NCBI GenBank assembly: GCA_051599415.1 | Contig: AP039690.1 | Span: forward strand, 806,001 to 870,000 | Direction of reading: 5' to 3' | Origin: Savitreella phatthalungensis | Lineage: Eukaryota | Length of the DNA: 64,000 bases | Part shown: one piece after another, positions 29,891-41,234 of the stretch | How positions within the stretch are numbered: position 1 is the stretch's first letter | Layout of the letters: every line of letters begins with the position of its first letter | The notes under the pieces: model-generated | Databases searched by the model: none | Seen by the model: only the letters and a program-made list of their open reading frames with translations | What the model was told of the DNA's origin: nothing | Translations under genes and position numbers: made by a program

Positions 29891-31225
29891 TCACCATTTG
29901 GGCTGTGCTTTCTCCACTGCCGGTGTCTTCAGGGCTAGATCCTCGTTCTTGTTAGCGAAGGGGTCGTCGTCATCGCGCTCGCTCATCACTTCCTCTTCTT
30001 CTGATTCGTATTCACTCTCAGACTCCGAGTCAGAGACTTGCTGGCGCGGTGGGCGTCCCGGAGCTGATCCGGAAGCTGCGCCCGGGCGCTTTGGTCTCGG
30101 TGGTGGCCGTTCGCCGGCGCGATTACGTCCGTTTGAAGCTCCAGCACCGTAGATCTCGTCGTGGTATTCGCGTTGAATCTGTGCTGACATCTCTTCGTCA
30201 GAGTCTGGGACCTCGGATTCTGCTCGATAGTTTTCGTACACTTGAAGGGCAGCTACCAGGTTGTCATTCGTTTCCAATAGCGTTCCCACCCACTCCTCCG
30301 AGGTAATGCTTCCGATGTAGTAAAGCACCTTCTTTCGCAGCGCCTTGCACTCGCCAGAGTTTTTCACTATAGCCGGCTCTTTCAACCACGCGCCAGACTC
30401 GCGGTTCACGTGTTTAAGCGCGTTGTTGAGATTTGTGGCAGCCTGATTCGAAGATGCAATCGTCTGCAGGATGGCAGGCTTCTCTTTATCGAGTGAGAGG
30501 ACGCGAGGTCCGCTAGATGTAGCATTTGCCGGAGTGCTCGGAGCCGAAGACTTCTTCTTCTTGCCGCCACTGCTGCCGAAGAAGCCAGATCTCTCGTCGG
30601 GCGGTGTCGTTGGTTCGACATATTTATAGCGCGATGTAGGCGAAGCAGTCGAGGACTGACCAGACTGTCGAGCAGTGGCGAGGCTTGAGGGATCTGTGCT
30701 GCCTTGTCGACGGGCAGGCTTTGCGGGTGCTCGTTCGTGCGCTTCGTCATCTTCATCGGGTGAAGGTGGACGCACTTGGGCGTCAGGCTTTCGACGGCGA
30801 GGTAGACTGTCTTTCAGATGAGCGACGGCTGACATGCCTTGAACGTCTTTAAATTCCTCGTTCCAGCCGATGAACATCCCTACCAGACGCGTCCGCACGG
30901 CCTTGTCCGTCAACTGGTCCGTGGCAATGGTTCTCAGGCGCTCAAGCAGCATGTCATCTCCGAACCTGCGTTGGTAGGACTTTCCTGCATTCATGACGAG
31001 AGCATCAAGAATGACCAGCGCTCGAATTTGCTCATGAACAGAGCCATACTTGAGCTTTTTCCGAAGTGCTCTGGATGACTCTGTAATGCCACTAGCTTGC
31101 ACCTTGATGATTTCGATCAGATCCGGTAGATCGGACAAATCTTCATCTTCGTAGTCTCTTCCAGTCATGCGATTGATGTACTCGGTGACCGCTGTGTAGG
31201 GATGCTCATCACTGAAGATACCCAT
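29891..31225 (-). CDS. LSB5: VHS-GAT domain endocytic adaptor, Lsb5-like
   Basis: HPYTAVTEYI, RALRKKLKYG..QIRALVILDALVMNAG (VHS), RKKVLYYI..EEWVGTLLETNDNLVAAL (GAT), C-terminal DPF motif. Confidence 0.8.
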   Translation of the reverse strand: MGIFSDEHPYTAVTEYINRMTGRDYEDEDLSDLPDLIEIIKVQASGITESSRALRKKLKYGSVHEQIRALVILDALVMNAGKSYQRRFGDDMLLERLRTIATDQLTDKAVRTRLVGMFIGWNEEFKDVQGMSAVAHLKDSLPRRRKPDAQVRPPSPDEDDEAHERAPAKPARRQGSTDPSSLATARQSGQSSTASPTSRYKYVEPTTPPDERSGFFGSSGGKKKKSSAPSTPANATSSGPRVLSLDKEKPAILQTIASSNQAATNLNNALKHVNRESGAWLKEPAIVKNSGECKALRKKVLYYIGSITSEEWVGTLLETNDNLVAALQVYENYRAESEVPDSDEEMSAQIQREYHDEIYGAGASNGRNRAGERPPPRPKRPGAASGSAPGRPPRQQVSDSESESEYESEEEEVMSERDDDDPFANKNEDLALKTPAVEKAQPKW

Positions 31226-32433
31226 GATCGGCGCTGGACGTGATTATTGGTGGAGTACGAGATGGGCGATCAATGTACAACCTGCCCAGGCGTGATGAAG
31301 GTCTTTCGCACTGAACTGTTCCCCCGTGCGAGAGATACGTGCTGCTCGAGTACAGCGTGGGAGGAGTGAATAAGTTGTGTTGATCAAGGTGGAGCCATTT
31401 AGATTGAATGATGACGGTACAAGGAAGTCCTGCAGGTAGCGATTCCGTGCATCCTGCATGCATTGCTATCAACATTCGATCGATCGAGCTTGCGATCTGT
31501 CGAAATACATATATAGTGCATGAGCTATGGGAAGTGCGCTCGATGTTCTAGCTGCGCATGTCAACCAATTGAAACTGACTTCAGTGAAATGAATTAAATC
31601 ACATTGATTTTCTCTATCCTGTATCCGGTATCTATCGGCATATTTAACACATACGCAATAGGAATCACAAGATCAAAAAATCCTGGGCTACAATTCAGAG
31701 AAATGTCAGCTGGTCTATAATTATGAATGACGCACTTTCGTTGGCCGAGGAGATACATTGACGAGGCTTCTGTAAATGTTCAGATCCAATCTCATGAATT
31801 GATTTAGACCGCTGTTATGCATGGTACTGCATGCACGCCAGACTCGAACTTTGATTGTGGATTTTGATTCTATCAATTGATAAATCGTATACTGGGCGAA
31901 CTTCAAAAACTAAAGCTGATCAGATCCATATGCTAATCACATTTAGAATCAGTGGGAGCATGGCAAACAAAGGAATTTGGGTTTTGGCCCGGGATATTGT
32001 GAAGCACGAACACATGATGACTTTTGTCTCGACAAGGCAGTACTAATTATTGCCACACGCACACCGCAACGTGAGACGCGGTCAAGTTGATCATCCAGGG
32101 TCCAGTCGAGAGTTTTTCAATCGGGCTCTCATGACTGGCGTCGAGGGATCGGGAAGAATTCAGACGGTATACGTTCGAATGATTAGTTGAACTGTGATTG
32201 CAGGTGTAATTTATAGTGGACATGACTATTACGACATCGATCATACTAATCTAAGCGCATACATCATTCTGTTCCACTTCAATCAGAGGGACTGATCGAT
32301 CTAATGCTTAAGGATTGTCGCTGTAGTGACTGGCCTTACCTCTCCTGTGCCAAGACCCAGTTAACGCTCAGCAGCAACAGATTGATTGTCCACTCATCGT
32401 TGCCACTCATTCAATTCTTCTTCTCTGGACGTC

Positions 32434-34824
32434 ATGCCATCCACCATAGACCCCAGCAATCAGGACTCGAATGAGAATTTTAGCGACCAAGGAACTTCGT
32501 GCGAAGCGTTTGAATATCAAATAGGCTCAATTGCTTTGACTGATGATCTTCTAGAAGATCTACCTGACCAAACGACAAATCATCTGGTCCCGCTACTTCA
32601 ATACGAAAAGCTACAAGCTCGTCCGATGCTCCTTCCAAGAACAAATCAGGCGCACGTGAGAAGTGTCACCCGATTTTCTAACACTGACACGACGTCTCTT
32701 TCAAACCTTGATGAGGACGTACCGCAGGTCAATCCAAAACAAGCAGTCGCGCAAGCTGTATTCACAAAATCCCTTACGTTTCAGAAAGAATCCACTCACG
32801 ATGACAACATGCTGCCAACACGCCAACAGGACGCAATCGGCGCTGATTCGCGTCAAGTAGGAGCTGATGAACAAGTGCCAGCAGACAGATTCAGTTGCAT
32901 GAAAGCTACGTATTCCTCTTTCATGGCGGGAGACGGTCAATCATGGCCGGGTTGTGAAATCAGGTTGATTGTGCCTCAAATTGACCGCAACCGTCATGAC
33001 ATGGGCAAAGCAATCCACTGGGAAGATCTCTACATCTGTCAACTCATCGAGAAAATTTCGAGCGAGACTTCTTCCAATCACGTTCTAGGTCTTTCTTCAG
33101 ACTACGCAGATGTAGCGCAAGCGTTCATGGACATGGCAGTCGCTCGATACGAGTATGACCTTATCCCTTTGCTTCCAGACCGACCTCCGCAAATTTCCGC
33201 GAGAATGGGAAGGAATGCAGAGCAGTTGAAGCCGGGTAGGATGGACGTCGGTCAGGCAGGTGCGGGCCAACCGAGTCAGATTGGAAGTCCTGTCAATCCC
33301 CTCCAGTGCTGGATTCCACGGCCGCCTCTCAACAAGGTTGTTGACGTCGATCATGATTTGGAAGTATCAGCCGGACTTACGAAGTCGAATCATTTTCATG
33401 ATATGGCGGACGAAGATTCAAGGGTCCTAGATAGGCTCACTTTCGACGAGGCATCAAGTGGGGGCTCAAATAGTGACAAAGTTCTTGTGCCCCCAACGCA
33501 AGCTCTTCCGCCCGCGTATGGTCAAACGACAGAAGAGCTAGCTGAAGGTGGAAGCGCACCGGCTGAAATAGGTCAGCTTGAGAATTACGAGATGAGAGAG
33601 ACAATCGAGAGGGACATTTCCCATGTCAATGAAGACTTCGAGCTCGATGCGATGCTCGAGCGTTTCCGGAGGGAACACCTTCCAACAGTCGATCGCACGG
33701 GAAAACGACTTTATTCTGCTGAGGAGGACGAGATCATCGGGTCTCTCTTGATGAGAGGTTGTCCGCTTGACAAGATTGCAAAGACACTCCACAGACCACT
33801 TGCAGGTATACAATATCGTGTGCGTCGTCGTCGTTCGAAAGGAAACAAGTCAATCGTCAATGACGAAACATCAAACACCCGGGCAGAATCCAGCAGATCG
33901 CGAGTGGTTGCTCATGACGCTCAACAGAGCGATGAAGTCGATCACAGGAGTGTCGCGGCTTCCGCATGTCAAACCAGCTCAGAGGTTCGGGCGAGAAGCA
34001 ATCACGCGTTGCTGAACGTACGTCAGGACTATGAACGCCGCAAAAGCGAGCAAGAAAATGCGATACGACGGGCCATGGCGGCTCAGTACGGCTGTTCAAT
34101 CGATTCTCTAGAGGCAATGTTGGAAGCGGGCGCCAATGAGAACAGTGAAAGAGACGTCTGTGCGACTGACGCTGGCTGTCTGCCAACCCCAAACCAGAGT
34201 TCTACCAAAAAGCGATCCAGAGATGCTGAGATGACCAAAGAAGTGTCCCCAAAAACGACGCCAACGACCATAATGCCACAACCTACTGAGCGGCTGGAAC
34301 GAATCAACAAGCTGCCAAGAATCACGACAGTATCCTCCAAATCGACACCGAGCGCGCGCGGCCGGCCCAAAAGCACCCGTGGCGGACGCAAAAGCACTCG
34401 CGGTGTTCCCCGTGACACTTGTGATCAGGAGGGTCCGTCGCAAATCGAGGTTGTCATCGATCAAACGAATATGGTTCCGAGGGCAAAGTCGCCAGCCCGG
34501 CAGAAAAGACGTAGGGTCGCACAATCATTTGAACCGACTCTATGCTCGACACGCAGTCGTCGGAGTGTCGAGGTCACGCTACCACAAGCGATGCCTCAAC
34601 AGACTGCTCAAGTGACTGGGAACTCGGCAACAGGCCTTTCCAATGAAGTACAAAGTCCTACACCGCTTCGGCTGGCTCTGAGACAAGTATTATCTGAATC
34701 TGAATCTGAACTAGAATCGCAAAGGCCTGTGGACGACGCTGTCAGGAGCGCTGAAAGCGATGATGAAGATGATGTTGGCGGTGATGATGATGACGAGGAC
34801 TACGTGGACGACGATGACGAGTAA
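32434..34824 (+). CDS. Uncharacterised, largely disordered protein with one Myb/SANT-like helix-turn-helix, an AT-hook and an acidic tail
   Basis: Long open frame; YSAEEDEIIGSLLMRGCPLDKIAKTLHRPLAGIQYR resembles a Myb repeat; ARGRPK AT-hook core; D/E-rich end. First ATG at 32434. Confidence 0.65.
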   Translation: MPSTIDPSNQDSNENFSDQGTSCEAFEYQIGSIALTDDLLEDLPDQTTNHLVPLLQYEKLQARPMLLPRTNQAHVRSVTRFSNTDTTSLSNLDEDVPQVNPKQAVAQAVFTKSLTFQKESTHDDNMLPTRQQDAIGADSRQVGADEQVPADRFSCMKATYSSFMAGDGQSWPGCEIRLIVPQIDRNRHDMGKAIHWEDLYICQLIEKISSETSSNHVLGLSSDYADVAQAFMDMAVARYEYDLIPLLPDRPPQISARMGRNAEQLKPGRMDVGQAGAGQPSQIGSPVNPLQCWIPRPPLNKVVDVDHDLEVSAGLTKSNHFHDMADEDSRVLDRLTFDEASSGGSNSDKVLVPPTQALPPAYGQTTEELAEGGSAPAEIGQLENYEMRETIERDISHVNEDFELDAMLERFRREHLPTVDRTGKRLYSAEEDEIIGSLLMRGCPLDKIAKTLHRPLAGIQYRVRRRRSKGNKSIVNDETSNTRAESSRSRVVAHDAQQSDEVDHRSVAASACQTSSEVRARSNHALLNVRQDYERRKSEQENAIRRAMAAQYGCSIDSLEAMLEAGANENSERDVCATDAGCLPTPNQSSTKKRSRDAEMTKEVSPKTTPTTIMPQPTERLERINKLPRITTVSSKSTPSARGRPKSTRGGRKSTRGVPRDTCDQEGPSQIEVVIDQTNMVPRAKSPARQKRRRVAQSFEPTLCSTRSRRSVEVTLPQAMPQQTAQVTGNSATGLSNEVQSPTPLRLALRQVLSESESELESQRPVDDAVRSAESDDEDDVGGDDDDEDYVDDDDE

Positions 34825-35396
34825 GGGGACGAATGATTTCAACGCAGCATATATTAATCGTAGGCACGACAACCTGTGGGTCAAATGCAAGCAGACTGAT
34901 TATCATGATCCCGTTGCCTATAAGCATCCTTGCATCTGGAGATGTGTTGTGCGGGACTTTTTTGACAGGTAGTAATTCCATGGAGAAAAGCCGATTCCGC
35001 GTTCTAGTTCCGTTTACCAGCGCTTTATGTGGGGATTCGGCTGTGGGGGAGCCCTCGTTGCCTGGAAGCGCGGTAAGGTCCTTCTGAGATATGAAGCCGT
35101 TTGTTCCGTTATAGAACTCAAGAACCTTTCTTTGGAATTTGGAATTTGACCCCGGGTAAATTGCAAGATATTCACAAATAACCAGAATGATGCTCCACAG
35201 ATATGCGCCTAATTAAGCACAATTAGTACATTGAGACTCTCGTCCTATCAATTCAAATTCTTCATTGATTAATTTAATGGTCAAATCTTGCATCTCTTCG
35301 TGGTGGCCCGCAGGGAGCTGGCTAATTTGCCTCCGGCTCCACAGAATCTGGAACGTTTCATTTGCAACCGTGCACAGATTAGCTGGAATCTGTCTG

Positions 35397-35474
35397 CCAA
35401 TCATGCATAAGCCGATTCCATAAACTTTTGTCTACGCGGAACTGAAGCTCCGAAACCAGGACGAGTATATATTG
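35397..35474 (+). promoter_or_regulatory. Candidate CYB2-like promoter: CCAATCA box, CGG-N10-CCG element and TATA-like element
   Basis: CCAATCA at 35397-35403, CGG 35437 ... CCG 35450-35452, TATATA near 35466; motif matches only. Confidence 0.35.
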
Positions 35475-35594
35475 ACCCCAGCATACCGAGTATACAGTCA
35501 CCTTGTCGCTGCTGTGTGCTTCTCATCAAGAGCACTACTGCTAGTCTTCTGCAACAAGATCAGGTGAAAAACTAAGCACAAATCGACAGAAACG

Positions 35595-37067
35595 ATGTTG
35601 TCCGCACAGGAAGTGGCAAAGCACAACACAAAGGATGACTGCTGGGTCATCGTCAACGGTAAAGCATATGATGTAACAGAGTTCTTGCCTGAGCATCCCG
35701 GAGGTCCTGCGATCATCGTGAAATACGCCGGCAAGGATGCTACCGCAGCATACGAGCCCATTCACCCAAAGGGCATCATTGACGAGAATTTGACTGCCGA
35801 CAAGCACAAAGGTGAAGTCGACATGAGCACTCTTGCTAAGGAAGCCGAGGCGGAAGTCGATGCAGAAGAGCTTGCCCGTCGCAAGCGCGAAGAGAACAAG
35901 CCGCCGCTGTCATCGTGCTTCAACGCGCTCGACTTCGAGGCTGTGGCGAAGTCCGTCATGAAGCTTCCAGCCTGGGCATACTACTCGTCCGGAGCTGACG
36001 ACGAGATCACCATGCGTGAAAACCACGCGTCATACTCCAAAGTCTGGTTCCGCCCACGCGTATTGGTCGACGTCGAGAAGGTCGACATGTCGACCACGAT
36101 GCTCGGCACCAAGTGCGCCGTTCCATTCTACGTCACCGCTACTGCGCTCGGCAAGCTTGGTCATCCCGAGGGCGAGACTGTTCTGACGCGTTCTGCAAAG
36201 ACGCACGATGTCATTCAGATGATTCCGACACTTGCTTCGTGCTCGTTTGACGAGATCGCAGACGCCGCTCAGCCAGGGCAAACCCAGTGGCTCCAGCTCT
36301 ACGTGAACAAGGACCGCGCTATCACACAGAAGATCATTAAGCATGCTGAGGCTCGCGGATGCAAGGGTCTTTTCATCACCGTTGACGCGCCACAGCTCGG
36401 TCGACGCGAGAAGGACATGCGCGTCAAGTTCTCAGACGACTCGCATCATCAGAAGGGCGATGATTCGGTGGACCGATCTCAGGGCGCCGCACGTGCTATT
36501 TCGTCGTTCATCGACCCATCACTCAGTTGGAAGGACATTCCCTGGTTTAAGCAGCAGACAAAGATGCCGATCGTGCTCAAGGGAGTCCAGCGCGCCGAGG
36601 ATGCCGTGCGTGCGGTCGAGTACGGATGCGATGGTATCGTCATCTCGAACCACGGTGGACGTCAGCTCGAATACGCACGCCCTTCCATCGAAGTGCTTGT
36701 CGAGGTCATGGCCGCACTCCGTGCTCGCGGTATGGAGAACAAGCTCGAAGTTTTCATCGACGGTGGCATCCGTCGTGCTACTGATATGCTCAAGGCAATC
36801 TGCCTGGGTGCCAAGGGAGTCGGTATTGGTCGTCCCTTCCTGTACGCCATGTCTGCATACGGACAGCCCGGTGTCGAGCGATTGATGCAGCTGCTGAAAG
36901 ACGAGATGGAGATGGCATTGCGTCTCATCGGCTCTCAGAACATTGCTGATCTGAATCCGGAGATGGTGGATGCACGAGCCGTCCACCAGCACGTGGTCAA
37001 CACACCAAACGACAACCTGTCAGAGGCAGTCTACGACCGCTTGGTAGTGCCGAAGCCAAGATTGTAA
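35595..37067 (+). CDS. CYB2: Flavocytochrome b2 / L-lactate dehydrogenase (cytochrome) family, without an N-terminal presequence
   Basis: Cytochrome b5 domain (HNTKDDCWVIVNGKAYDVTEFLPEHPGG), then FMN alpha-hydroxy-acid dehydrogenase (AWAYYSSGADDE, TVDAPQLGRREKD, SNHGGRQL, DGGIRRATD, GRPFLY). Confidence 0.92.
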   Translation: MLSAQEVAKHNTKDDCWVIVNGKAYDVTEFLPEHPGGPAIIVKYAGKDATAAYEPIHPKGIIDENLTADKHKGEVDMSTLAKEAEAEVDAEELARRKREENKPPLSSCFNALDFEAVAKSVMKLPAWAYYSSGADDEITMRENHASYSKVWFRPRVLVDVEKVDMSTTMLGTKCAVPFYVTATALGKLGHPEGETVLTRSAKTHDVIQMIPTLASCSFDEIADAAQPGQTQWLQLYVNKDRAITQKIIKHAEARGCKGLFITVDAPQLGRREKDMRVKFSDDSHHQKGDDSVDRSQGAARAISSFIDPSLSWKDIPWFKQQTKMPIVLKGVQRAEDAVRAVEYGCDGIVISNHGGRQLEYARPSIEVLVEVMAALRARGMENKLEVFIDGGIRRATDMLKAICLGAKGVGIGRPFLYAMSAYGQPGVERLMQLLKDEMEMALRLIGSQNIADLNPEMVDARAVHQHVVNTPNDNLSEAVYDRLVVPKPRL

Positions 37068-37341
37068 GTATGCGTCCAGAGCATCACGCCATCGCCGGCC
37101 ACGCACGATCTCGCCACGACATCTACCACTTCTTTTCAGGCATCCTCATCTGGCGTTCTTGCACTTTATTTCGTTCTATCTCGTTCTCTATTTTCCCATA
37201 GATCTTTAAATCTGCTTGATGAAGAGTACCATTTAACTTAATCATTTGCGGGATTGCGTTCATTAGTGTCGTTAAGATTGTGCCGCTTGTCTCATTTCCA
37301 TGACTGCTCAAGAATAGTGCACAGGATCATACTCCTGCTCT

Positions 37342-37800
37342 TCATGCAAATGATTCTTTCGTTTGATGGAGCGTTGCGCCATACGTTGTCTGCCAACTGA
37401 TTGCAGAGTCTGCATCCACATCCACTTCGCCAATACATGCCACATTCTCACCTCGAACAAGATACACCCCGACCGGTTCGATCACACATGGCTCTTCCTC
37501 GCTCGTGTCCTGGCCAGCTGGCCGTTGATGGTCATAGTCTTGTAAATCCGCACCATCCTCTATCCGTGCGCGTTTGACTGGTCTGTCAAATTCGGCCTCA
37601 CCGAGAGTAATAGAGCGTGTATCATTCGAGGCATGATGTTCTTGGCCTTGTCTTGGAAGACCAGAGAAGATGCGTTCAAACGTGTCGGTGAGGGCGATGT
37701 TAGTTTGCTTGTCAAACGCCGTCAGTGTGCCTTGCAGACACCGTCCATCAGCCGTGATGACACGGACCTTGTGATTCAGCAAGGGTTGGAGCAACGACAT
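37342..37800 (-). CDS. LSM8: U6 snRNA-associated Sm-like protein Lsm8 with an extended loop
   Basis: Sm1 motif KVRVITADGRCLQGTLTAFDKQTNIAL, Sm2 motif GVYLVRGENVACIGEVD, Lsm8-type tail DSAISW; ATG 37800. Confidence 0.82.
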   Translation of the reverse strand: MSLLQPLLNHKVRVITADGRCLQGTLTAFDKQTNIALTDTFERIFSGLPRQGQEHHASNDTRSITLGEAEFDRPVKRARIEDGADLQDYDHQRPAGQDTSEEEPCVIEPVGVYLVRGENVACIGEVDVDADSAISWQTTYGATLHQTKESFA

Positions 37801-38670
37801 CAGTCGTCGTGTATTGATAGTCGACTGTAGCTCGGCAGCAGGGGGATGAGCCTTCAGCACTCCCGTCCAACGACCAATGTAGCAATAGGCTTGGTTGATC
37901 TGCCAGCCGTTTGATGTTTCAGATGCAGGTTTAGTAACTTTCTATTTTGGTCTCTTTGCAACACTCTCTCTCAAATCCTGGTCCGCTGCAGCATGCATGA
38001 TCAATCAATCGATGAATGGTAGCAACGTTACGATATCCTCTCAATTTCATCAACCATGCATCATTCGATTAATTAACGTTGACTGAGAGAAATACATGCA
38101 CGGGATTCACCGAATATATCGACCGATTAGATTCATAGAGAATTCGGACAGCCAGCACATGATTAATTATGCTCCATCTGCATATAAAACTTCTGACTTC
38201 CGTAATGGTTCGTCCGTCCATCATAAGGGCAGTAAGGAGGCTAGACTTTGTGATAAATTGGAGCATATCTGTCCGAGATGATTCAACAATGATGCAGTCT
38301 GTACGTATGCATGTAGATTGTGTACATCAGCATACATAGCTAGATGGATAGGCGATCTGATATAATTTATATGTACACAAAATTAATCTCTGCCTAATAA
38401 TATGTTTGTAATGATTTTGTTTCAGAGAGCTTGAATACTTTTGCGCAATCAACCATCAATCCCTGTAATCTACCTGCATATACACACATACACACGCATA
38501 CAATACACGCACACTTGCATACGATCACTAGCACGCATTCAAGTGCGTAATCCGCGTCACCGTCCATCAACATCTCCGTCGCCAAGCAAAAGCTTAAGAC
38601 ATTCAGCGAGGATTAGTAACAGCACAGTCTTAAGCTAGATAGAGCCTCGACAGCTCAAAGTCCAGTCAGG

Positions 38671-39924
38671 ATGAAGCTCACATTCAAGACAGTGGCCAAG
38701 AAGGAGACATTCACGATCGATAATGTCGAGCCAGCTGCAACAATCGCTGACGTCAAGAAGCTCATCGAGCAGAGTCAAGGCCACGAACCGAGTCTGCAAA
38801 AACTCATTTACTCTGGCAAAATTCTCGCCGACGATAAGACTGTCGAGTCATACAGTATCAAGGAGAAAGACTTTCTTGTATGCATGGTGAGCAAACCCAA
38901 GGCTGCAGCGAAGGCTGCACCAGCTTCTGCAGCCGCCAACTCTGCTTCACCGGCAGTAACATCATCGACATCAGCGTCGGCGGGGACGTCATCAGCAGCT
39001 GCAGCGACTGAACCACAAACACCAGCACAGACACAAACTCGTCAGGAGCCACCACCCGCGCCAGCACCGGCTCAGGCAGCTCCTGTGACGACCGCACCAG
39101 ACACGCCTGTACCAGCCGGTCCCGCTGCCGTAGGCGACTCGGACAATTTTGCAAGCGCTGCAGGTAGGGAGAACAGCATCATGATGCTGATGGAGCTCGG
39201 TTACGAACGCCCCCAAGTCGAGCAAGCCCTGCGCGCAGCCTTTTTCAATCCGGAGCGGGCAGCGGACTATCTCCTCACTGGTATCCCTGAGCATCTACAA
39301 CGCGAGCAGAACCAACAGCGTGCTGCTCCTGAAACTCCAAGCCCGGCAACTGCTGGGCAGCAGCAATCACAAACGCGGCAAACCGCCTCATCGGCAGGAA
39401 GTGCCGCGCAGTCGATTGCATCCGCTCCCTCTGGCAATCTGTTTGAGCAGGCCGCGCAACGAAGTTCTGGTGGAAGTGGCACGCAGTCAGGTCTCGGTGC
39501 CGGTGCAGGAGCGCTAGGTGGGCAAGAGCTCGACTTCCTGCGTAATGACCCTCAATTCCAGAATCTACGCCAGATCATTCAGTCGAATCCCCAAATGCTC
39601 GAGCCTATCTTGCAACAGCTCGCAGCAGGTAATCCACAGCTAGCAAGTCTGATCACATCCAACCCAGACGCCTTCCTCCAGCTCCTGGCCGAGGGGGCCG
39701 AGGGAGACGAAGGAGATGACGAGGACGGCGCGGGCGGTGTTCTGCCTCCCGGAGCACAAAGGATTCAGGTGACTCCCGAGGAGAATGCAGCAATCGAGCG
39801 GCTATGCAATCTCGGATTTTCCCAGCACATGGTCCTCCAAGCCTATTTCGCTTGTGACAAAAATGAGGAGATTGCGGCCAACTACTTACTTGAGCACGGA
39901 CATGAAGATGACGAAGAGGAGTGA
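38671..39924 (+). CDS. RAD23: UV excision repair / proteasome shuttle protein Rad23
   Basis: UBL (QKLIYSGKIL), UBA1 (LRAAFFNPERAADYLLTGIP), XPC-binding/STI1 region (QFQNLRQIIQSNPQMLEP), UBA2 (QAYFACDKNEEIAANYL). Confidence 0.97.
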   Translation: MKLTFKTVAKKETFTIDNVEPAATIADVKKLIEQSQGHEPSLQKLIYSGKILADDKTVESYSIKEKDFLVCMVSKPKAAAKAAPASAAANSASPAVTSSTSASAGTSSAAAATEPQTPAQTQTRQEPPPAPAPAQAAPVTTAPDTPVPAGPAAVGDSDNFASAAGRENSIMMLMELGYERPQVEQALRAAFFNPERAADYLLTGIPEHLQREQNQQRAAPETPSPATAGQQQSQTRQTASSAGSAAQSIASAPSGNLFEQAAQRSSGGSGTQSGLGAGAGALGGQELDFLRNDPQFQNLRQIIQSNPQMLEPILQQLAAGNPQLASLITSNPDAFLQLLAEGAEGDEGDDEDGAGGVLPPGAQRIQVTPEENAAIERLCNLGFSQHMVLQAYFACDKNEEIAANYLLEHGHEDDEEE

Positions 39925-40499
39925 GTGACTCATGCATAGACACGCGATGAGTCTGGCTCGTCGTCAGCCGTGATACACCTAGTAACAGCACTCATGTTTT
40001 TATGCCGAAGCACTGCCTTGTGGTGACTCATAATAGCAAATGCGTTGAAGTGCAAGTCGACTCTGCCACTCTTGGTTGCGCCGGCATGATATTGCCCAAC
40101 TCGAAGATTCGTCCTCCTTGCATACCTGTCGCAGAAACATCCTTGACGAAGTCACTGGCAGAACTTAGCCCGCCACTGAGGCCACACGCAGACCGAATGT
40201 AAGCGCTTATGTGCATATCGGTATTCAGCGGTGCATGAGGGGATGCATGAATCAAACGGCTAAATTTACGTAGCTACATGCACGGCAAGAGATCTGATTC
40301 AATCGTCATATCGAGGCACACACCCAAGTTATCCACTTCGTCAATCAGCCAAGAAAGGACACTGTAACGCAGCACTGAACGCTAGGACTACTACGGTACA
40401 TCCTTGTCAATTCGAAGAGAAGCTCCCGACACTCGGCTCAGAGATCTCAGTATTACACTTTCGCGCAATAATCATCTTACACCGGTGGACCAATTCGCT

Positions 40500-41234
40500 A
40501 TGGCTTTGCGAGCACAATTCGAGAACAGCAATGAGATCGGCGTGTTTGCGACGCTGACGAACGCATACGCTCTTGTTGCTATTGGCGGTTCAGAGAACTT
40601 CTACAGTGTCTTCGAGAGCGAGCTCGGAGATGTCATCCCTGTCATTCACACGAGTATTGCAGGCGGACGCATCGTCGGCCGCATGACTGCGGGCAATCGT
40701 AAAGGTCTTCTCGTACCGGCCAGTACAACGGATCAGGAACTCCAACATCTGAGAAATTCTCTGCCAGACGCGGTGAAGCTTCAGCGTGTCGACGAGCGCC
40801 TGTCCGCATTGGGAAACGTGATCGCATGTAACGACTATGTAGCACTTGTTCATCCTGACATCGAGCGCGAGACGGAAGAGATCATCGCTGACGTACTCGG
40901 AGTCGAGGTCTTTCGACAGACAGTCGCAGGCAACGTTCTCACCGGCACGTACTGCTCTCTTTCAAACCAGGGCGCACTGGTACATCCTCGCACGACAGTC
41001 CAGGACCAGGACGAGTTATCCTCTTTGCTACAGGTTCCGCTTGTCGCAGGCTCGGTCAATCGCGGATCGGACGTAATTGGCGGCGGGCTTGTCGTCAATG
41101 ACTGGTGTGCATTCGCGGGCCTCCACACCACAGCCACAGAGCTGCAAGTGGTCGAGCAGATCTTCAAGCTCCAGGAAGGACAAGCCAACATGCAAGGCAG
41201 CTTACGAGACACACTTGTCGAGACATACGCATAA
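40500..41234 (+). CDS. TIF6: Translation initiation factor eIF6
   Basis: [52 protein letters not shown]; conserved start at ATG 40500. Confidence 0.97.
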   Translation: MALRAQFENSNEIGVFATLTNAYALVAIGGSENFYSVFESELGDVIPVIHTSIAGGRIVGRMTAGNRKGLLVPASTTDQELQHLRNSLPDAVKLQRVDERLSALGNVIACNDYVALVHPDIERETEEIIADVLGVEVFRQTVAGNVLTGTYCSLSNQGALVHPRTTVQDQDELSSLLQVPLVAGSVNRGSDVIGGGLVVNDWCAFAGLHTTATELQVVEQIFKLQEGQANMQGSLRDTLVETYA

